Origin: Lama guanicoe
Lineage: Eukaryota
NCBI GenBank assembly: GCA_013239625.1
Contig: MU053561.1
Location: 3,674,283 to 3,738,282 of the forward strand
Direction: 5' to 3'
Length of the DNA: 64,000 nucleotides
Positions 55,873-64,000 of this stretch are shown here, piece after piece; the stretch's first letter is position 1, and each line of letters begins with the position of its first letter. Under the pieces are notes generated by a model. That model worked only from the letters and a program-made list of their open reading frames with translations. It made no database searches and was not told the origin of the DNA. The translations under genes were made by a program, and so were the position numbers.

Positions 55873-56049
55873 GAGATTATCTTGAAAATCTTCTCTTGAT
55901 GTTTTGATTCTGCTCATTTGCTCTTGGCTCCTGCTCTCTCTCTATTCTGTCTTCTTTTTTCCCTTCTGGGCCCTCTTCCTTCCTTTAAATGTTAGTTTTC
56001 CCTCGTATCTCCCAGCTCCAACATTCTTCCAAGGTAGTGTCATTCACAC

Positions 56050-56490
56050 CCATCAGCTGATGGCTTCCACGTCTGGGTCTCTAACCTTGACCTCTCTCCT
56101 TAGTCTGAAACTCACTCACTCAAACAGCTTCTGGGATATCTTGGTTTGGATGGCGCACAAGCACTTCAAACAACAGCCCTGCACGTAAACTCATTACCTT
56201 TTCCCCTAAACTTCTCCTCCTCCTGGAGCCCCAGTTCAGATGAGTAATGTCACCATCCATCCAATGGCCTGGGTGATCTGGAGGGACCCCCTTCTCCTCT
56301 GCACCTGTGGCATTTTGTGCACACCCCAAATCGTGGCACTCACCATTTAAATTATAACACACATGTGCACTTCTGTCCTTTCACTAAATTGCGGGCTCCT
56401 TGGAGACAAGGAATTTACTTACCTTTGTATCCCCAACACTTAGCACTTTCTCAGCATGAAGTAGATACTCATTTACTGAGCTGATGGGTG
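56050..56490 (+). mobile_element. L2 fragment
   Basis: Pyrimidine-rich L2-like body ending in tgtatccccaacacttagcac...tactcatttactgagctga. Confidence 0.5.
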
Positions 56491-57739
56491 AATAACTGTT
56501 TGATCAGCACTGCTGGTTAACAGTGCTTCCAAGTCTCCTTTTTTTTTTTTTAATCTCTCTGCCTCACAAAACAAGGCAGATGCTTCCTGAGCCGGGTTCC
56601 GTGTTATCCAGACAGTCCCAACCGTATCTCAAATAAGCTCTTGGAGGAGTGAATTTTCAAAGTCATCTTTGAAGTTAATCTTTCAAATAGCCAAGGACTG
56701 AAAGTGGTCTATTTCCCAACCCAGGAAAATCCCCTGGTTCTCAGAGGCCTGAGCGATATGCATCAAGTTGAAATCATGCCGTGGTGCTCCTGTGGGAGAA
56801 GCCCTGAGTGTTAAGCTAGCTCTATCTGTGAGGGGTAAGGAGTAGAACTGTTTAGTTACTGATCTAAAACCTCTTCAGCTGATATTTATTGAAAATGTGC
56901 TATGTGCTCCGAGAACCATGCTGTATGTTTTATGTATATTATTTCATTTAATTTGTATAAAGATCTTATGAGATGGTTTTGTTATTGTCCCCCTTTTACA
57001 GATGAGGAAGCTGAGGGAGGCACAGAGCCCTCGAGTGATTTTTCCCAGGGTCATGAAAACACTTTAAAGGATGTAAATGTAACTTCATTTTCATACTTAC
57101 ATCAAAGATTTAAACTAAATTCCTTAAATTAAGCAATCAAAGGATTCTATTTCTTTTCCTCAGATAGTGTCCCAAGATGGACTGAAGTGAATTTCTCATA
57201 ATCCTTTTTACTGCTTACGCCAAGATGCCTTTTCCCTTTCATTCTGCAGGGCACTGATCACTCACACAGTATAGGAATGTAAGCTAAATAGAATGGCAAG
57301 ATCTGGCCATCCTCTTAGGGGAAAAAAAAGTTCATTGTGTTATCAAGAATGCATAATCACATTCAATGTATTTCTTTAGAATATCGTCTCATAAGTTGAA
57401 ATGAGCTTGTCTTCTCTGTAACAAGGTCATGTACTGTCCAGTCCTAGTTTGTATGGCCTGAAGCCCATTGTTAACAATGTCACCAGTCATGGATCATTAT
57501 CAAGTAGCTTTTGATCAACAGTCTCGGATACTCCCAGACACGCACAGATCCCTGGCATGCTGGTGGTCCTGCGGTTCTGTCCTTGAACGTCTCGCTCTCA
57601 CCAGGCTCCTCCACCCTGCTCGGTGAGCATCAGAGCTTATTTTAGAAAACACAGACGCCTGTCATCAGCCCAGACCTATGGATATACCATCTCCAGAGCT
57701 GAGGCCTGACCATCTGCATTTTAACAAGAGTCACTGGGT

Positions 57740-57923
57740 AAACGACAAGGTCCTACTGTAGAGCACGGGGAACTATATTCAATACCTTGTAATAGCCTAT
57801 AATGGAAAAGAACATGAAAAGGAATATATATATATCTGAATATATATATAACTGAATCACTATGCTGTACACTAGAAATTAACACAACATTGGAAATCCA
57901 CTATACTTCAGTTAAAAAAAAAA
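57740..57923 (+). mobile_element. L1 3' tail adjacent to a MER5-like fragment
   Basis: caaggtcctactgtagagcacggggaactatattcaatacc...ctatacttcagttaaaaaaa. Confidence 0.8.
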
Positions 57924-58829
57924 TCACCAGGAACAGATGCAAGCCAGCGCCAAGCCCTGCTCTTCCCACTCCCCCAGTCATCTCATACACCCCGTGGCTT
58001 CCAGCCGTCTGCCTCTCGCCGGGCCTGTGCTGAGTTCCAGGCCCCTCAATCCAGCTGTCTCCCCCGACAGCTTCACCTGGATGTCTCACAGGCCCCTTAG
58101 ACCAGCACAGCTGTGTGGCTCTAAAGGGCGGGGGGAGCTTATTAAGAAAGTAGCTCTCTTTTCCTGACTGAGATCTGAACCAACCAAGAAATCAGGTCCC
58201 AAAGTCAGCAGTCCAAAACATCACCATTATTACAGAAAAGCAACAGCTTGGAGACTAGAGATTAGGAGAATGGGCTTCCCAGTCTCCTGCATCCCGGGGC
58301 GTCAGATGTGCAGACAGGACCCTTGCCCTCTGCACAAGGATGGAGAGGCCAGAGACAAGGGCTGCACCTCCCACAATAACTTCACCTTAAGAACTTCACT
58401 CAAAGAAACATGGACAGATGGCTGTCACCCACTAACCAGGTAACTCATGCCATCTCAGGACAGGAACAAGGGCTGGGCAAAGGGCCAGCAGTTTGGGGAC
58501 AATCCTTCACAGGAACAGAGTTGTGGGGAAGAGGCATTGCCCTCTGACAATGTCCCAGCCAGAAACCTGAGAGCCGTTTCCTTGTCTCCCACTCCCACAT
58601 CCATTAGGGAGCAAGCCCTGTTCTGTTTTCTTCATCCACTCCTAGTGCATAATTGAAGCTTTACAGTCTCTCAGCTGGGGAACCACGGGCTTCTGACTTC
58701 TCTTCCATCTCCACTCCAGCCTGCGCCCTGCAATCAAGTGATGTCTAAAATGAAAACCTGATCATGTCACACACATGCTTAAAATCCTTCATTGGCTCTC
58801 TATTCCCAATAGATGTTTAAACAATTTCA

Positions 58830-59112
58830 AAGACTGTGGTTACCAGCAGGATAGGGAGGGTGGGGAGGGATAGATTAGGAATTTGGGATTTATAGATACA
58901 CGTGGTTATATATAAAACAGATAAACAACAACCTACTGTATAGCACAGGGGACTATATTCAATATCTTGTGACGAGCTGTAACGGAAAAGAATCTAAAAA
59001 ATATATATGTATATATGTATGTATATGTATAACTGAATCGCTTTGCTGTACACATGTAACTAACACTATAAATCGACTAAGCTTCAATTGAAAATAAGAA
59101 TTAAAAAAAAAA
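58830..59112 (+). mobile_element. L1 3' tail
   Basis: ggttaccagcagg...ctactgtatagcacaggggactatattcaatatcttg followed by an A-tail. Confidence 0.8.
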
Positions 59113-61639
59113 AGACAAAGAGGCCAAAGAGTAAGTGGTTTGGAAGGTTTCTGACAGCCAAATGTGGAGTCTAGGCTGCGGGGTATGAGGTTGGGAAGGA
59201 AAAACGAGGTAGTCCTTGAAGCGTCTCTCCTCCGCAAGAGGAAAGCAAAGCCTGAGAAGTGCTGCTGCTTGCGCTACCCAGGCTCAGGGGTTAGAAGGGC
59301 ACTGGGCCAGCTGGGGTGATTCCTGCTGCACACACGGGGCGTCCGTCTGGGAATGATGGCGTCCGAATGCCTTATGTGGGTCATAGCACCCAGTTGTTAT
59401 TTTAGCAGAAGGTGGGCCAGTACCACTGCCAATGAGCTGGGAAGTCAAGGCCACTTTGCCATGGGGTAAAGCCAGTTTTCTCTGCAGGACACTGGAGGTC
59501 CACATGAACTGTCTCTTCTCTACCTTACCATCCTCATTTCTCACAGAGCCTCCCACACCCATCTGCCCCTCCACTCCTAGAACCTGAAGTTGGCTGAAGC
59601 TGCCTGGCTGCTTAACGCCTCCAAGCCTTGGCTCATGCTGTTCCATCTCCCAGAATGCTTGTCCTCCCCCATCTGTGCCTGCTGGGCAAGCTCCCAGCTA
59701 TCTTACTTTAAGCATAAGGTTAAGACGCACTCTGTGACTCTCCTCCCGTCGCGCGCCAGGCAAATTGGCCACCTCCTCTGCTGAGCGCTCACAGCACCCT
59801 GTGGATTTCTCTTACAGAATAGGCAACGTGTTGTACTTGAAAGTGTGTGTCTTCCTCCCATTAGTCTGAAAGGAACCTCAGGGAAAAGACTGACTCATTC
59901 TGTTCCATCCTCAGTGCCTACCTGCTGATTGGTACTTAATAATAAATCTTGTTTGACTAAATACTCTAAGTTCTATGCAAAGCTAATTTAACAACTATTA
60001 GTACCATTAAGAATGTGCTAGTGATTACCGAAAGCCAGTCTTATTCCAAGAAGTTTTTGGCAACATGGTGTCATCTGTTTGGACTTGCTTGGGATAGCAA
60101 ATCGCTAATGAACTAGGAATGCGGAATCTCCTTGGCTCAGTGAGGTTTCTGATGTGAGATGCTCTCTTTCCTCGAGTTAGCAAAGACCCCCCCAGGAACA
60201 GGGCCATCGTGATGGGAAGCAAAGCAGTGTGGAATGACAGCAGAAGTCTCAGACCCCATTCTCTGGGAATGGAATGAATACAGCCACCTAAATGTCAGTG
60301 CACTTATTTTAATGCATCTATGGACCCAAGTGGGTGCAAGGTGAATTAAGGCCCTTTTTGAATTAATCTGGTATTTTATCAATCTGAACTCTTTAGAGCA
60401 TGATAGCTAGGATTCTTAATGATAGCCCTAGAACCCCACAAATATCAATGATTTCCCTTAAAATAATCCTGCATGATTAGGGTATCCCCAGCAGTTTTAG
60501 CATTGGGTGTGCTGCTACGTCCTCACTCATTCATTCCCTCATTCCAGTATTCCATCAATGGACCCTTAAGGCTGGTTCCCACATGCAGATCACAGAAGGC
60601 AGCACTGAGTGGGTAACACAGGAGAGCTGAGCAAGGATCTCGGAAAGGAAAAGTGTTTAAAGCCTCTGTGTCAGTTTTGCAAGTGCATCATCATTTTGTC
60701 CGAGACATTGTGAATTCTCAGAATTTATCAGAAACATGCTCAGATGTACAGACAGAGAACATGCCCAGAAGGCAAATACAGTTTTGACGTTACACATCAT
60801 TAGCTTGTATAACTAGAAGATGCTGCATGAGACTCATAGGGAACTAGCATTTCTCTTGAGCAGGGATACTGCCCATTCCCACACTGCTGCATATGGGCCT
60901 TGTGCCTGGCCCTGGGCAAGCGGACAGTGGCTGTAGCGGGTACCATCCTGATATCCCCCACGCCACTTCCAAAATTCTATAGCTGTATCATGGGTAATGA
61001 ATGAAAAAGAGAAGCGTCTTCGGTTTATGTCTGCATACACTTTAAATTTTTTCTCTAGTAGGGTTTGCTTGTGCGGGTGTAAATTGTGCCCATCTTGGCT
61101 GATGGCCCAGGAAAATGGAGTTCATCAATAATCTATCCAATGAACTTCAAATCAGCTGCTTTTTCTGATCCTTGTCAGGGCAACAGGTAAGAATTTGATT
61201 GTGTGCCATTGGCACCCAGTAAAGGATAGCTGAGTGTAGCAGAAGGCAACTCCAATATGTCTTTGTCAAATAATCAAGTTTCCTTTAAATAGACCTGTCT
61301 AAAATCAGTCAATAATTTAAGTTGAAAAGATCTTTCTTCACTTGCTGATTTAGTCAAAAGGCCTTTTTCACCTCCAAGTTTTACAGCCTGAGAATTTAAT
61401 TTTCAGGAATCTATTAATTCAAAACATTCTCTTGGCCATCAAATGATTGCAACCTGTAATTTTTGTTACAATGGCAATTCCACTTTCCCGGTCAATCTAT
61501 CATTATAATTGTCTTGGTTTTTAGAGAAACTTGACAGGCTATTTTTAAGAGGGTATCAAAATTATGCAAGAGTGAAAATGTTCCCTAAAAAGTAAAACTT
61601 CTTAGATGGAAAAAAAATCACATGGGAAAAAAGGAACAA

Positions 61640-64000
61640 AGTGCAATTTGGGATTTCAGTTTATTTTCCAAGTCTTACAGTATAAAAAATGTAACATGTA
61701 AAACGTTTTACAGTTAATTGGAATGGGAGTCCCAGAAGAGAACAAAACAACTTGGATGCCAGGTACGCTTTGCCCCTCACAGACTCTAACAACATTGCTG
61801 CTGATGTTACAATGGGTTTCACAGCCCACCTTATGAGTGTATGTAAATGAACTTGAGCAGATGGTTGCTGGTAGTGAAATTCATTCATTCATATGATTGC
61901 AATGTCTCAATAGAGCCCACCACCCAGTTTAGGCAGGAAATCACAGCCAACTTTGTCAGACCCGTCTAGTGATTGTGAGTTTTGCTAACCAGCAAAACTG
62001 CCCCTCCTGATTACAAAGTGAGGTATGAACTAGTAAGAGAGAACACAAAAGACCCTCGGCCACATCTTTGCACAAACACTTATCGCTCCATCCGATAGAG
62101 ACAGATGGTTTCGTCACTGAACTTGCTGGGTTGATACCGGATCCTAAATCCAGAACCAGAAATGTAAAATTCTTTCAACACAAAAGTGACTGTCAAATAA
62201 ACTCCCCTTGAAATAAGACCTGGTCCCAGCCTCTCCAGTCTTCTCCCTAGCATCTTCGTTGAGGAAGTGGTCATCACAACTCGAGTTAACTCGTCATCCC
62301 AGTGAGCCAGTCTCCATTTCCGCCCTCATCCTGGCTGGTGCATCCTGCACTCTACACACTAGTTGTCCTCATCAAACAATTGCTTGGAAATCACATTTTG
62401 TTAATCACGTCATAGTCTAGGAGTCTCAGCAGAGTTTGCAATTTAGTTAAATCCTACTGTGAATCCATTACAAAAATAAGGAGTTATCAGCAAAGTTTGA
62501 ATTTTATTATGTCCTTTCTTGTTTTTAGAATGATGATCCACACTAAGTGAATCATCATTCTATTATGTCTTTAATGGTGCAGGGTGGCGCTGGGAAATGA
62601 AAAGTGACCGCCACCTCTTCCCAGCTGCCCCCTGGAATGGTGATAAGATGTAACTGCCTAAATTCCTTACCGCATGAACTGAACTAGACTTGACGCCTGC
62701 AGGGCAGATGCTGGGGTCCTATCACTAATTCCCTGAGCCGTCTCTGGTCCTCAGAGATGAAGCCTCCCAGGGTGAGGGCTTTTGGGGGTTTAAAAACTCC
62801 TAAAGGATGAGCTCCTTCAGAATGAAAGCTCTTATCCACAAGAAAGCTCAGATAAATACAAGCAAATACAAAACCAGATACTGCACGTTCAAATATCTTT
62901 ATCCAAATATAATTTCAGTACCCAAAGTGCCAAAGACACTCAAGATAAAAGCCTGAGGGTTGTCACATTTGTCCCCAAGGTTTCAGATAAGAGTGTTTTT
63001 ATCCCACTAAAACAAGGACGAAATCCTGATGTTTTCAAGCTGAAACAGACAAAGCAGCTGCAGATTCCTGGCGCCACATTGGCAGCAACAGGTCCCCGTG
63101 CTGCTGCAGGTGTTAGAAGTCTGCTTTCGTGTCGCGGAGACTCTACAACAACCCACTGAAGAGGATGAGTTTACAGGTGAAACAACAAATTGGGTAATCT
63201 AAAATAGAAACGGGACAGGTCTGGTAAAAGGGACTCAGAGTCCTAGAATCTAATTTTATTCAGTAGTTTTACATTTCTTACCCACCCTTTGAAAATGTGT
63301 CCTGCTCAGTCCTAAGAAGCAGCCATGCTGAGAGGTGGGCATGCCATCTCCCTTTCCCACTCCTCCACTGAAAGCACACAGCGGGAGATAAAAAGGTAGC
63401 TTCCGCACAACTGAACCAAAAACTAAAGACACTGGAAGAGAGGAAAGCAGTGTTTTCAGAGTCCTGCTTTATGCCTGTTGATTCAAACTCTTGAGGGCAA
63501 ATGTCGGGGCAAATAGCAGGAGGCAAAAGTCAAGGATGGAGACCAGGGACTCCTGTTCCAAACCTACGGAGGCTGGGCTGGCAGGCAGTCCCTCTCCCTC
63601 CCCAACCAGGGAGGCTCTTGTGGTGTGACACTGACCAAGCACCAGGCAGAGTAAACCGCAGGTCATGGGGAGGCCAGGTCAGCCCCTGCGCACCTCCCCA
63701 AGGTGCACACCTCCCCAAGCCAGCAGGTGGGAGCGGAGGGTGGGACGGTCAGAAGCAAAGGGTAGCTGCCAGGAATAGAGCTCCTGAGTCTTAGAGCAGG
63801 TGCAGAACTAGCATGGCTGGTTTTGCGGGGAGGGTGGGGGTGGGAGTAGGGGGAGGCTCAAGTTCTTTCTGCTGAAGATCCTGAGCAACCTGCGAGCACG
63901 TGGAGCAGCTTTCCCTGGGCCACACCTCCGACACAAACCCAAGTGAAAGAACAGGAGCGACTCCCCCTCCCACGAACCTCCAACTCTGGGTTCTACACAT
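61640..64000 (-). other. Putative distal 3'UTR of a convergent gene (VANGL1 expected by synteny)
   Basis: Repeat-poor sequence with minus-strand AATAAA at 61665-61660 and 63260-63255. Human CASQ2 is tail-to-tail with VANGL1. No coding exon is visible, so identity is inferred only. Confidence 0.4.
61660..61665 (-). terminator. Minus-strand poly(A) signal AATAAA
   Basis: Reverse complement reads ggaaAATAAActgaaatcccaaattgcac followed by U-rich tttgttccttttttccc. Confidence 0.5.

Overview
Mammalian genomic DNA, very likely camelid (alpaca/camel lineage, judged from its tRNA-derived Vic-1-type SINEs and young L1 3' ends). The window holds most of the cardiac calsequestrin gene CASQ2 on the + strand: the distal part of intron 1, exons 2-11 (all GT-AG, phase-compatible, open frame to TAG at 54681-54683) and a 3'UTR of about 1.2 kb ending near an ATTAAA at 55848. 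Exon 1 lies upstream of the window. The last 2.4 kb or so carry minus-strand poly(A) signals that probably belong to a convergent gene's 3'UTR (VANGL1 by human synteny; inference only). Introns are filled with L1, L2, MIR, SINE, MER5/MER58 and ERV solo-LTR relics, several with readable target-site duplications, and there is one 23-N assembly gap. Most ORFs in the six-frame track are spurious. I found no convincing novel biological system. The best leads are an E174G substitution and an extended acidic tail in CASQ2, a convergent pair of near-consensus CTCF motifs bracketing exons 6-8, near-identical inverted L1 ends flanking exons 5-9, a CpG-rich promoter-like zone in intron 8, and a Charlie/Buster-type transposase fossil in intron 4.
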